From Felis catus (lineage: Eukaryota), in contig NC_058369.1 in the NCBI RefSeq assembly GCF_018350175.1, positions 20,710,001 through 20,774,000 of the forward strand: 64,000 nucleotides of DNA. The letters are read 5' to 3'. The stretch's first letter is position 1; every line of letters begins with the position of its first letter. Below are positions 1 to 12,227 of the stretch, piece by piece. Under the pieces are notes generated by a model. The model ran no database searches. It was not told the origin of the DNA and saw nothing but the letters and a program-made list of their open reading frames with translations. A program made the position numbers and the translations under genes.

Positions 1-3000
1 CGAGGCAGCCTCAACCTCTCTGTTCCCTTAAGGTGAACAGTTCAGGGGCTCCCTTGGAATTGAAGGAGCCAAGCTGCGCTCAGAACCCAAGTCTTGGCCT
101 TTTGCAGCTGGAGTTACAGCGGGGGTTCAGTTCTCAACCCCCTCCCAGGTCCCGGGCTTGAGTAGGTGGGGAGAGGCCTGAGGCACCAGGGATTCTGAGA
201 AGGGTAGCTGCGACAGAAGGGGCCCTTGGCCAGGTTTGGGTGGGAGAGCACCCACCTCTACTCCCAGGCTGCCTGACGTGACCCAGGCTGAACCCAGCAC
301 CCTGTAACCAGGGCAGCAGCCCCACCCCCACCACATGCTCCTGGGAGCCCAGAAGAAGGGGTGCCAGGGCAGGCAGGCTCCAGGGAGGGCCGGGCCGGGC
401 ATTTCCTGCCGACGGGTGCCAGGCTCCAGTCCCCTGAAGGGGTGATTCTTTAGCCTTAGTCAGAGGAAGTGAGGCAGGGCAAATGGGCAATGTGTGTGCA
501 GTGCCGCGGGGCCTGGCAGGGCTGGGTTGGGAGGACGGCAGCTGTAGGAGCCAGGGAGTGTCCCTGGCCCTGCATATCCCCTACAGCCATACACATCATG
601 GTCTGCCCTCAACAGCCAGCCTACTGCCCAGCACCCAGGCAGGTTGCCCGAGACCAGGGCCAAGCCCCTGACTCCAGCTCCCTCTTACCCAGCTGCTGAG
701 TCTCTGCTCTGTTGCTGTGTGGCTTAGACCGGTCACGTCCACCCTCTGAGCCTTGGCGTTCTCATCTGTGAAGTGGGAAAATTGTGGAACCCATATGCTC
801 CTGGCTTTCCCCTGCCCCAACATCAGGGGCCCACCCTCCCAGTTTGGCCCACTCTCAGGATCCTGGGGAAAGAGGCCACCAGGGTAGTCTCTGCCCTCCT
901 TGAGCAGAGGGGCAGAATGCAGGCTCAGAATGCAGGGCCCTCTCAAGAACTGTCCGCTTGAACAGCTTATGTGGTGCAGGCGTGCCCAGTGGTGATACCC
1001 CAGCTCTCCGTCTTGGCCAAGCTGTCTGCATCCCCACCATTGGCTGGGCCCAGACGACTGAGCCTCCTTGCCCTTCACAGGGTGGTGATTTATCAACACT
1101 CTGGCTGCCTGCAGGCTTGGGCTGTGGGCACCTGTCACAGGGCTGCTCCCCAACCACAGCCCCTGCTTCTGAGTGTACCTTGGACCCCTGATGTCTGGAT
1201 TCTCGGGATTTTTTCCATGACTCAGCTCTGACTACAGTGGATAGGAGAGGCAGTTTCTATCTTGATCCCTGGTCTGGGACCTCTTCCCCAAAGTCCCACC
1301 CACCCCTCTCCCACTGGAGAAGCCCAGCAAACCCTGGCCAAATAGAGAAATGAGGAAGCATGGGGGGCTCAGGGCTCCAACAAAGCCCCTAACAAAGAGA
1401 GACAGAGGGTGAGGTTGTGTGCCTTGGGAGAGAGCCCTAGTTCTCTTGGCCTCTGCACAGCCAGGTGCCCATGGGGGGCTGGGACTAGCCCAAGGACAAG
1501 CAAAGGTGGCCTTGAGCTAGCTCACACCATGGAAGGTCACTGGGAGCAGAGGCTAGGCAGAGGCCTGGTGAAGACTGAACTAGAGAGACCTTCTCTGCTC
1601 TTCCCACCACTTGGGCCAGGGGTGCCTCCATGCCTCTGCTCTCACTGGGGCCAGCACTGGCCAGGGCAGGAGCACAGGCGGGAAGTCTTACCCCTCAGGG
1701 TTGCAGACACCCAGCCCCCTGCTCGCAGATAGGGCAACCAAGGCTATGAGGGAAAGAACCAGGGGTGCTACCTGGTGCCCTCAGAGTGGCTGGCTCTGCC
1801 CCAGCTCTGACTGAGCCGAAAGGGAAAGGTAAGGAAGGCAGGGAGGGTCTCTGGGACAGATGTGACTGGGCAAGATGGGGCGAGGGTGTCGGGCTCTGGC
1901 CAGGCAGGGTAGTCGGCCTCCCTGCCGGGGCCTAGGCTGGGTGGGGGCAGCAGGGCTCAGGCTGGCGGGCTGTTGATCCAGCCCAACAATGATGAAATGG
2001 CCCCTTTGTCCTGCGGCGCCAAAGTTGCTGTGACTGGAGGAGGCGTGACGTGAAAGGGTCATTGTTCCCACTTGGGCAGCCACTCAGGGAGCTGGAGGAC
2101 CGACCAGGAGCAGGCTTCATGCCAAGGCTGCAGCCCTGCCTGCTGCCTGCGGCGGTCGGAGTATCCTGGGCTCTCAGACTCCTACCCATGGCCACCACCC
2201 TGCAGGGCCAGACTGAGCACAGGTGTCCACTGACCGTAGTGTCCTGTTTCCTCCCTCCACTGAGCTCTCCCGATGGAATATGGTAGATCATGAATGGGGT
2301 TTGCCCCCAGTGGGGGAGGTTCTGCTCTGCTCTTAACATACATGTGAACTGTGTGAGGCAGGATGCCTGCGAGCTTGAGGGGTAAAGAAGGTGCTTTGTC
2401 CTGCGGCAAGGAAACTTGCCAGTGACATTCACATGCTGGGGCTGTTGACCTCAGGGACCCTCCTCCAACCTTCCAGATGAAGGGAAAGAGGCGCAGAGAA
2501 GAGAATTGGGTGGCCCTAGGCGACACAGCACTAGCACACTAGCTGGTTGGCTGATACCACATAGCTGCCTCCCAAGTCCCCACACCTGATGGACCTCTGT
2601 TCCCTCTGGACTCTTGAAGCCCCCTCCTTGCCGGGACCTTTCTCCTGCCCCTCTAATCCATTCTCCCCTGAGATCTCTCTAAACCCAAAACTGATTAGGT
2701 CCCTCCTTGGCTTCCAACCTGTCATGGCCTCCCACAACCAGAGAAAGTTCAAACTCTGGTGCTGGCATTCAAGGCCCTCACTGTGCTGTAGCAGTCAGGG
2801 GTTAGAAGCCCTGTCTAGAGTCTGGAGTGTCCCTCAGCCCCTGTGCTGGAGTGTCCCTCAGCACTGACCACAGTAAAGCCTGTTTTATCTCCCCAGATAC
2901 AGCCGTCATTCCTTGTTCCCACAGGTCCTGCCCTCTGGAGGGATCCCTTCTTTTCCGTGCCACTCCTCCAGGTCCCCTTCTCTTCCAGATCCACCTGTCT

Positions 3001-5880
3001 ACAGCCTCTGGGCTTCAGGTGAAGAGCCAGGAAGCTGGGCAGAGGTGGTCAGGAGGGGGTGGTCCAGGTCCAAATTGGAGCCCCTTCTCACCCCAGGTGG
3101 CCCAGCTGGCTCCGAGGTCTAGAACTATTCTCCTCTCTGACTCGCCACTGCCCCCAGCAGCTGGCATCAGGCTCAGCCTGACCCGGGCTAATTAAACCCT
3201 CCCCTAGCCCAGGCGAGGCTCTGGCTCCGGCTCTAGACTTTTTTCCCTGGAGGGATGGAGCTAATTAACCGAGAGGGTTTAATTAATCAATTAGCGTGGC
3301 CTCCAGACCCCTCCACTTAGCTGTGGCAGTAGCAGATATTTATAAACAGGAGCTGCCAGACCCTTCTCTGTCTGGCTGGAACCAAGGGGGAAAGCAGGCA
3401 GTCGCGGTGGGCATAGAGACAGTGAGAACAGGGACTGCAGGGGCCGGAGACCCAGCCAGTGGTGCAGAGGTGCTCACTTCCACCTCCTGGGCACCACCAA
3501 AGGCCTGAGCAGGTGCAGGATCTGCAAAACCTGGACACGTGAGGCTACAAAGTGAGGCGTGTACTCCAGGTACACCTCCATGGGCACAGGTCATGCAGGC
3601 CTGACATCCAGAGCTGGGCAGGTTTCTAGAAGCACCCCAGACAATGGCCAGAAGGGCTGGTGATGTGCAGCTGGAACCAGGACCCTGGCTAGCAAGGCCT
3701 CCAGGGGATGGGGCTGCATAGAAGGCCATGGGAGCTAGGGGAGGCACCAGAACCCCAGCTAGGGGAAGAGGCTGGGAAGGCTTTCTGGAGGAGGAGGCAT
3801 TTGAGCCAAGCTCAGGAAAAGAGTAGAGAGAGGTAGCTAATTGAAAGGCGGGGGTAGATGATGCAGAGTATTCCAGGGAAAAGGAAATAGCATATGCAAA
3901 GGCCCAGAGGCAGGAACAGCAGGAGGTTCTTCACCACAAGATGTCCCCTTCTTTGGGAAGCCTCCCAGACAGCCTTACTGGTTAGAATTGGTGTCCCTGA
4001 GTCTCTGCCCCTCCAGCCCTCACACTCCAGGACAGCCCTGACTCAACACTCCTTCCCATGCCTCTTGAGCAGTCGCCAGCTCTCCTCCTCTGCCTTCCCT
4101 GCCTCGTCCCGAGGAGCCCACACGTGCACCCCACTCCCTTCGGAAAGGGGGCTATAGACTCCCTCCTCTGAGATGCTGCTTTCCTGGCGTTGGCACAGGC
4201 AGGAGCCGGGTGGTATCAGGACGGGGGTGGAGGGATCAAAAGATCAAAGCTGTCCCTTACCTGGCAGGCCTGGGTTAGCTGAGAGGAGGGACTCCCGACC
4301 TCAGAGCAGCACCTTTCAGGCTTCGTTGCTCTGTCTTGGCTTCCTCCTCTGTTCGTCAGGGATAATCCAGCACCTCCCTCTGAGGGCTGCTGGGAGCATC
4401 AGTTGAGTTTATCATGAAGAGCTGGCAAGGCACCCTGGCCCAGAGCAAGGGCCACGTACGTGTGTTGTTATTAATACTCTTCCTGCACTTAGAGCTGCCA
4501 GAGGACCAAATACTCAACAGAACTCCCAGACAGGGCAACCATGAGGGACGGCTGGAGCTGCTGAGCCAGGCGGGGGCTCCAGCTGAGGAAAGGCTCAGCC
4601 CCCGTGCTTTGCTGGGCCCCTGCTGGGTGCCTGGCACCATCGACACACGGCTTCTCCAAAGCAGCTACAATAATAGCCAAAACGTAAAAGATAAATGATC
4701 CTGCTTTCCTTTTGGAAACCAATTGGAAAAATGGAGCACAGGTGTTTGCCCCGGAAATGCCACTTCTGGGCACGGGGCCCGGAGAAAGAACCTGAAATGC
4801 AGAAAACACTCCACTCAGAGTCCTGGGCCAGAGGTCCTGATGGGATAATGAAGAAGAGAGACAACCTGAGTGCCCAGCGACCAGGGAGGAGCGGTGGTGT
4901 CCAGCCTCTCTCTTTCCCAGGGGCAGGGGAGAGGGCTGTAGGGGCCTGGCTCCGGGGATGTCAGGGACAGTGTGATCCAGGCCTTTGTTCCTGCCATGCC
5001 CCATCCTGGGCCACCGTCCCTAGCCCCCATGCTATTCTCTGTGGAGAGAAAAGAAGCAGCTCCAGCCAGCGAGGTCTCGAGCGCGCGTGAATGGGGGACC
5101 AGAGGCAGGCTTACATAGGTGAGGTGCTGTGGATGGGCAGGACATGGGAATGCAGGGGGCTGGTGAGGAGGGTCTTTGGACAAGCAATGTAGGAAAACAG
5201 GCTGAACAAAGCAATAGACTGAGGGAGGGGACTGAGCTCAAGGACCTTTCTGAAAACCCCAGGAAGACACCTAGAACCCCTGAACAAACCACCCCCAGGC
5301 AGGGCTGGAGCAGGGAGGGGCAGTTCTGGAGCCCTCTTGCTTGGCAGAACTCTAAATTTCTCAGGTCCTCAGAGCCAGGGGACACTGTGGGGGAGTCCCC
5401 TGTGCAGGTAGATGGAAGGAGAAAGTGTTCTCAAGGGGCTGCAGCAAAAGAATTTCCTGGAGCAGAGAGGGGCCCAGCCTGACCCACCCCTCCAAAGGCA
5501 GGCACCCTGCCCAAGGCCCCCCAGCCCTCAACTCCAGCCTTCTTCTTTCAGGCTGTGTACCAGCTCCTAGGCTACTCTGGATGCCAGGCTGTCCAGGCCT
5601 TGGGACAGAAGAGAAGATCTGAGCCATAATCCCTAAGTCACAAGTCCTAGGGCTGGGTCCCTCAGAGTCATTATTCTCATTTCTCACCTGTACAAATAGG
5701 GAACCTGAAGACGGATGGGGAGGAGACCTTTCCAAGGTCACACAGCCATCAGCGATAGCTGGCCCTGGGAGGTGGCCCTCTGGGGGTGGTCACAGTCAAA
5801 TTGGCATCATCATGACTCACATCCCCAAGGTCTCACTGGGAAGAAGACCCTACATCCTGCTTTCTTCTCTTACACCCACA

Positions 5881-5989
5881 ATTTTTTTTTAAGATTTTAT
5901 TTTTAAGTAACCTCTATGCCCGACATGGGGCTTGAACCCCCAACCCAGAGATCAAAATTTGCATGCTCCACTGACTGAGCCAGGCACCC
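5881..5989 (-). mobile_element. Short tRNA-derived carnivore SINE (older Can-SINE type, no CT tract)
   Basis: Minus strand reads GGGTGCCTGGCTCAGTCAGTGGAGCATG...GGTTCAAGCCCC...AATAAAATCTTAAAAAAAAA, with A and B boxes and an A-tail. ACCCACA occurs on both sides. Confidence 0.8.
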
Positions 5990-7013
5990 TAAGACCCACA
6001 CTTCTTATTTCCACTGTACAGAAGAGAAAACCAAGGCTCTGAGAGGGGCCACCAGGGCTGTGCTGTGCCGGGAAAGTCTTTAGTATGAGGGAGGACCTTT
6101 GTGAGCCCTGCCACTCTCTGGCTATTCAATGTGTGGGCACACATTGAAGGGGTGGAGCAGGTGCGTGGGAACACAGACTCCAGTGGCCAGGGTTCATCAT
6201 GGACCCACGCATGTCCTGGCTAAGACCCATCCTTCTATGTGGTGTGGTGTCTGCCATTCAGGCCATGGACGTGGAGTCAGACAAGCTGGGATGCTCTGTC
6301 CACACCATGGGTCTTGCCTCCCATGAGGTCCAAACACTGCTAGTCCTGCACGTATATCATCCACAGTGGTCCAGTCCCCCGAACCACCCCCTCCCCCCCG
6401 CACCCTGAATGACCAGCTCAGCCTCCTCACTGTCCCCTCTCCGACATGCTTGCCCCTCAGGCTGTTCTCCACTTAGCAGTCAGGGGATCTTTCTAGGGAC
6501 CACCAGACCCTGTGAGCACTAGACTTAAAGCTCTTTAGGGGCTCCCCTCTCCCCCAGACCACACCAGGTTCCTCCCTGGCCCATCCATCTCTGGAGAAGG
6601 GGCTGCAGCCTCTCCTTTGCCTGTAGCAGGGGTGGAAGGGCCCTGGGGCCTGAGGAGGTGTGGGTATGGAGGGGGCAGATGGAGGTCCTACAGATGCACA
6701 GAAGCTACAGGATATATGATGACCCTGGAGGTGTGTGATGGAAGGGGGTTGACTGCTTGAGCAAAGGATGTTCTGGCAGGCACTGAAGTCCCACGTCGCC
6801 TGTGGGCGTTAATCTGACCCAGCCAGAGACAATGGGGCTGAGGCCTCATTTTACCTCTGGAGGGTTGCTAATGATGGTCTTTAATGGCCATGCCTGGGAA
6901 TGGATGACCTCACCCCTGCCGCTCCCTAATGAGAGGAGGCTAGAGTCAGAGGCAGGCGGCTCCTGCATCACTTGGGACCTGCTTGGGCTTGTCCTGTCTG
7001 AGAAATGAGGGGG

Positions 7014-7016
<3 letters not shown>

Positions 7017-7050
<34 letters not shown>

Positions 7051-7077
7051 TGTGCGCATGTGCACATGCATATGTGT
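7017..7077. repeat. (TG)n microsatellite extending into an alternating purine-pyrimidine tract
   Basis: About (GT)15 followed by CGCGTGTGCGCATGTGCACATGCATATGTGT. Confidence 0.95.
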
Positions 7078-10000
7078 TTGGTCCTTCACAGGGCCGGAGA
7101 GAGAAGGCTCCCAGCCTCACCGGGAAGGCAGGACCTGGGGGAAAAGACTCAGGACAGCAATATGAGGAAGGCTGGCTTCTACCATGACTCACTCTATGAC
7201 CCCATCTAAGCCTTGCTTTTCCTATCTGCATGGGGTTGGGGGCAGTGGGATGATTCTGAATCCTCCCAAGGGTCTCAGGTCTGCTGGGTATCAGGAGAGA
7301 CCGATGGGACCAATCTGAGGAGATCTTTGGGAGGAAGTGAGAGGGCTGTGCTCAGGTGGGGTCCCAAATGAGCAGGGGAAATATGTCAGAGATCAGGACT
7401 CAGACATCCCACCCATGCGACCCAGGTTCCTGGGGTGCTCAGAGTTCAGCGTGCTAGTTAGCATGCTCCCTCCAGGGACACCTGGCTCCCACATCAGGCT
7501 TTCCGGCTTTGGTTAAGGGTTTTGGTGTAGGTGCTGGTGTTCCCAGCCGCATCCAGACAGATGGACATGGAGAGCAGCCCCCATGCAGACTGGGCGTCAA
7601 GGGGCAGGCCTGAGTGTGCCAGGCGGCAGCGGCAGCAGGAGGGGAGGAGGCATGTTCCCGCATGGGTTCACTGCTTGCCTCCATACTGCCCTATTCTTGA
7701 GGGGTGACTAGGTTTGTACCCTGGGGATAGGCCCTTTGTGGGCAGTCCTCCTCCTGAGGGCTGCCTGCCCCTCCCCCAGGCTCAGAGGAGGACCACCTTA
7801 GGGAAATGTTCATCTCTTGTCTGACGTCCTGCAGGGGAACTGCTTCATAGTGCTGCAAGTTCTTTCTCATGTCCGGCCTTAGTCACTCCTGCTGTTGCAC
7901 CTGATTCATTTTTCAGAGGACAAACTGAGGGCCCCATTATCCTGCCACCCAGCCTGACATCACCAAACTTCCCTCGGGCATGTTCCCACTCCTGGGATAG
8001 CCCAGCCCGCACAGGAAATGGCTGCTGGATGAATGTGTCAGTGAGTGAGTGGCTCAGATCTTCCTCCCATGAGAAGGCTAGGAAGTGGCCAAGAAGTGGA
8101 TGGGGGAGTTCCTGGGCCTGGGCTGAGATGGAGACAGAAGCAGGAATCCAAAGGGAGGCAAAGAGGGGTCAGGAGGAGAGATGGGACTGAGGGCACAGGA
8201 GACAAATGGCCTGGGACAGACAGGGCCCATGGGGGTATAGCACAGCAGAAATAGGGTAGAATAAGAGGAGCTCAGAGTGGACCATGAGACAGATCAGAGG
8301 GACCATGAGGTGGGAACCTGGGAGCCCGGGTGGAGACAGCCGTCCAGAGTAAGCATGGTCTAGCCCGAAGTCACAGAGTGAGGACCCAGAGTCCCAGCCA
8401 CCCGGTCATGACCTGGCCCTCTGTCCTCACCAGAGGGAAGCAGAAGGGAGCCACAGCCAGGCATGGTGCTGAGGTGTCAATTTCCTCAGCTGAGGACACG
8501 GAGGGTCAGAGAGGACACCTGGCCTGAGGTTGCACAGGACGGAAAGCCCCCTGGTCCTCCATTTGAGGAGCTGGCTCAGGAGGCAACGCTGCTCCCACCC
8601 CCCATCCTGTGCTTGGGCACACTGGCACTGCCAGGCACTTACTCGGCCTGTCGAGGGCCCAGCCCCCAGCCCGGCACCCGCGGGCTTCCCCAGCCCCAGC
8701 CAAGGGCAGCAAGAGGGAACAAAGGCCCAGTCTCTGCCTGCTCAGCCCCCACCCCCTTGCCTGCCCCTGGCACAGACGGACCAGGGCCCCGAGGGAGCCC
8801 AAGTGCAAAAGCAGCACCCACCCCTTTGCCAAGGCTGCGAGACTCCCCTTCCCCCCTCCACAGGCCTGCTGGCTGCACAAGTGTTCCCCCATTCGAAAGA
8901 TGGGAAACCTGAGTGACAGGGGTAAGGAGCTGGTAGCCATACATCTGGCACTAGAACCTAGGTCCTTTTGCTTGAAGAACCTACCTTCTACCACTCATCA
9001 TATGCCTGAAGGCGTGACTGCATTCTGGTTGAACCTAACTCATGGGCAGAGATGAAAAAAGCAGAGCCTCCTGGACAGCCCAACTGGGAGTCTTTAGAAA
9101 GAGTACCTGGGGCCAGCCCAGTGTTGGTCATAGTGGAAGGGATAAAGCCAGATGACAGGCAGAGATGAGGAAATGGAGTTAGCACCTAGTGCCCGACAGG
9201 GCTCACTCAATTCTGCCAGAGGCAAAGGAAACGTAAAGGAGCCCCCATTCCCCATCTGTAACATGGATCTATGTTGCCCACTGAGGGCCTCACACCCCCA
9301 GGCCACGGCCACCATCCTTCTCCAGGCCCCTTCCCTCTTTCTTGCTCTGTGCTCCCAACCAGAAGGAACAAAACTGGGTTTTTTTTTTTGTTTTGTTTTG
9401 TTTTTCAGGTCCTGTTTTTGAGCCCCCAGTGGGGGGGCCTACCTGGCGGGTGGATGCTCCCTTGAAGAATCCAGGCATGGCCGATTCCTCCCTGTAGGTC
9501 CAGGCCCAGACCAGGAAATGGAACGTAACATGTTCATTTTGTTCCAAACACCAGAAGAGCACTGAGTATCTGAGTGTGACTGGCTTGATTTTTATAGATG
9601 GAAACTGAGGCTACCCAGCTCCTGAGGAGCGAAGCAGTGCTGACCCATCACCAGGCAGGTTTTACATCCCACTGGCTTCCTAGGGACTGTGGGGTGGGGG
9701 TCAGGAGGATGAGAAGGTAATACTAGCATAGGCTCCATTCCATGCACGAGAGCAGCAAGAGAAGGGTCAGGGACCTAGGGCCCAGTCAAATCTGGGTATC
9801 GCAAATCTGGGTGATGCCCGAGTGGACAGCCCCGAGCAATTCAGGGTGGGCAGAGGTTCAGCTGCGTGACCTTGGTTTACAAAACCTGTCCAAGCTTCCA
9901 TCTTCTGTCAACCAATCAGCAAAATCCCAGAGAAAGCCCTGAGGTCCCTGCCTGCAGTGCCTGAAGGCTGGGCAAATGCCACACCTCCGCTCCTCCCCCA

Positions 10001-10150
10001 AGGCCTGGCCACTTCTCCCAGTGAGGGCCTTAGGGGACTTCACACAGAGCAGGTGCTGGGATGCAGGTCACAGCCACTCTCCTTGCCACCCCCCAGCCTG
10101 GGCCCAGGCCCTTATTGGACAACACAACTTGTTTTAAAGAAAAAATAATA

Positions 10151-10156
10151 TTTATT
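10151..10156 (-). terminator. DUSP7: DUSP7 polyadenylation signal AATAAA
   Basis: Plus-strand TTTATT at 10151-10156. On the minus strand it is followed by a U-rich stretch and a GU-rich element (TTGTGTTGT, ~10129-10121). Confidence 0.8.
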
Positions 10157-11394
10157 TGCAATATAAACAAAGTCCCGTTGCTGGTTCGGGATATATATAT
10201 GTATGTGTGTGTGTATATATATGTAGGGTCACAAATTTTCCTTCATAAGATCATAAAGCAAAACTGGCCACCCTCTTGGCATACTCTCATTTACACAAAT
10301 CTGATGCATCTTTCTGGGTTTTTCTTTTTAAAAGTAAAAAAGAGAAAGAACCATGTACAGCATGGAAGCTTTTCGTCAATTTCTCGACTGTGGCAAGATT
10401 TTAATCCGCTGCCTTAAAGAATCCCTGAAAACCGCCCCGTGAGGTAAGATGCAGTGGGGCAGAGTTTCCATGGCCTCACTCACATGCCAAGTGCCGGCTT
10501 GCTCAGGGACCCCAGCCTGACTACTCACCTCTCCCTGGGCCCCTGCAGTCCTGACACCTGGAGGGATTGAGGCTGGAGAAGGAACCAAACTGGAGAGGAT
10601 AACGGAATCCGTGGCTTTGTTCTGTGGATCCTAGGAGGGGCGTGGACAGAGCCCCACACCCTGTTCACTTGTCCATCCTCGCCCCTTCCGCCCCTGCCCT
10701 GGGATTGAAACGGGTGCGAGTTTCCTGGTAGTAGAAGGCATGGGCAAGATGAGTGCAGGGCAAGCTTCCACGGGACAAGGGGGCTGGGAGTAGAGCTGGA
10801 CCAAAGCAACAGCCAGAGCGAGGGACAGAAACTGGGAGGTAGGGCTGGGCCTCCACCACCGAAGCTTCCCCCGCCAGCCACTGGGCCTCCACTCTCAGTC
10901 ACAAACAAACAGGGAGAGAGAGACAGAAGTAGTGGGTACGTATAGGAAGGGCCCGGGGCCCAGACCCTCCTACGGGCTGAGCCCAGAGGGCTAATGCTAC
11001 TGCTTGGCAGTCCCCCACGACCCCACCTCCAGCAGGGCAGCGGCAGGGCCTCCCATCTCCTGCCTCAGGGGGTCTGCAGGGGCCGCTGGAGGGCAGAGAA
11101 TGCAGAGGCCACCCAGGGCAGCCCACCTATTACGCCTTGCAGAGGTCATCACGGGCAAGTGCAGTGCCAAGGGGGCTGGGCCGAGGGATGTGCATGACTG
11201 GGGGTGGGGGGGTCTGACACTAAGAGAGCAGCAAGCCACCCCTTCAAGAAGGACCTGCTGCAGAAACGGAGGCTTCACACATGTGCAAAACGCATTTGGT
11301 CAAGATCAACACGGGGTTTGTCTTTTCCATTAAAAACAAAAACAAAAACCAATAATTGCTTTTTGAAATAGGAAGAAAAAACAAAACTGAGAAC

Positions 11395-11397
<3 letters not shown>

Positions 11398-11425
<28 letters not shown>
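11398..11425. repeat. (CT)n/(GA)n microsatellite within the DUSP7 3'UTR
   Basis: About 14 TC units, seen directly. Confidence 0.95.
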
Positions 11426-11426
<1 letters not shown>

Positions 11427-11919
11427 GGATCAAGGAAGGGATGAAATACTGGTTTATACAATCCACTGTTGTATGTAGCCTGAAAATAACACTTTTCATT
11501 AAAAAAGAAAAATCAAGAAGAGCTTGAACACTCGCCGTGCTCCAGGGAGCTTGGATTTACCTGCCAAAAGTAAAAAGTAAACTCAGGTCCGTGGATGTGT
11601 CTTTAAAAAATAGCCAAACCGGCTGGGCCATTGGCTGATGGAGTGTCCTGGGACAAGGATGAGGCCCTGCTGGACTCCCAGGGCCATGTGTCTCAGAGCT
11701 CAGGGCCTCTCCACAAAGTCCTGCAGAGAGAGGCCTTGCTGTGGTTTCCGCCCTCCCCAGGGCAGCGAGGGAAGCTCAGCCACCCACCAGCCTGGGCCTC
11801 TGGGCACAGGCCATGTCCGATGATGTCTGGGTTCCGGCCGGACACAGCAGGAATGGGCAGCTCACCTGGCCCAAGGGGGGGGTCGGGAGGGGCCGGCCCC
11901 ACCCACCTGTGCCCCAGCC

Positions 11920-12227
11920 TCACGTGGACTCAAGGGTGTTGAGTGGGAACAGGTTGTGGTTGGTCGGCGTGGAGAAGTAGAGCTGCTCGCTGGGGGTGTG
12001 GTTGTCGCATGGGCTGCTTAGCCCCAGCGTCCGCTCGAAGTCCAGCAGCTGCCCCATAAAGTTGAAGTTGGGCGAGATGTTGGACTTTTTCCTCTTGACA
12101 AAGTCGTAGGCGTCATTGAGTGACAGGTTCATCTTCTGCATCAGGTAAGCCACGGTGACGGTCACCGAGCGGCTGATCCCTGCTAGGCAGTGCACCAGGA
12201 CACCACACTTCTTGGAGCGGGCCTCGT
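11920..12227 (-). CDS. DUSP7: DUSP7 coding exon 3 (PTP signature [16 protein letters not shown] motif, stop)
   Basis: Acceptor TGTGTTTCAG|AC at 12229-12228. Reads [30 protein letters not shown]...[19 protein letters not shown]...PLNTLEST, with TGA at 11922-11920. Exon sum 517+435+308 = 1260 nt = 419 aa plus stop. Confidence 0.97.

Larger units (their letters stand above)
10130..11919 (-). other. DUSP7: DUSP7 3'UTR (~1.8 kb, 3' end approximate)
   Basis: Runs from the stop codon to the first canonical minus-strand AATAAA I found. It includes AU-rich blocks at about 11260-11610 and 10130-10420. Confidence 0.8.

Noticed and set aside
5881..5989. tRNA-like A/B boxes
   Set aside because: These belong to a tRNA-derived SINE with an A-tail, not to a cloverleaf tRNA gene.
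10280..10360. Pumilio-like UGUAAAUG and UGUACAUG in the DUSP7 3'UTR
   Set aside because: Both miss the final A of the UGUAHAUA consensus, so they are too weak to call.
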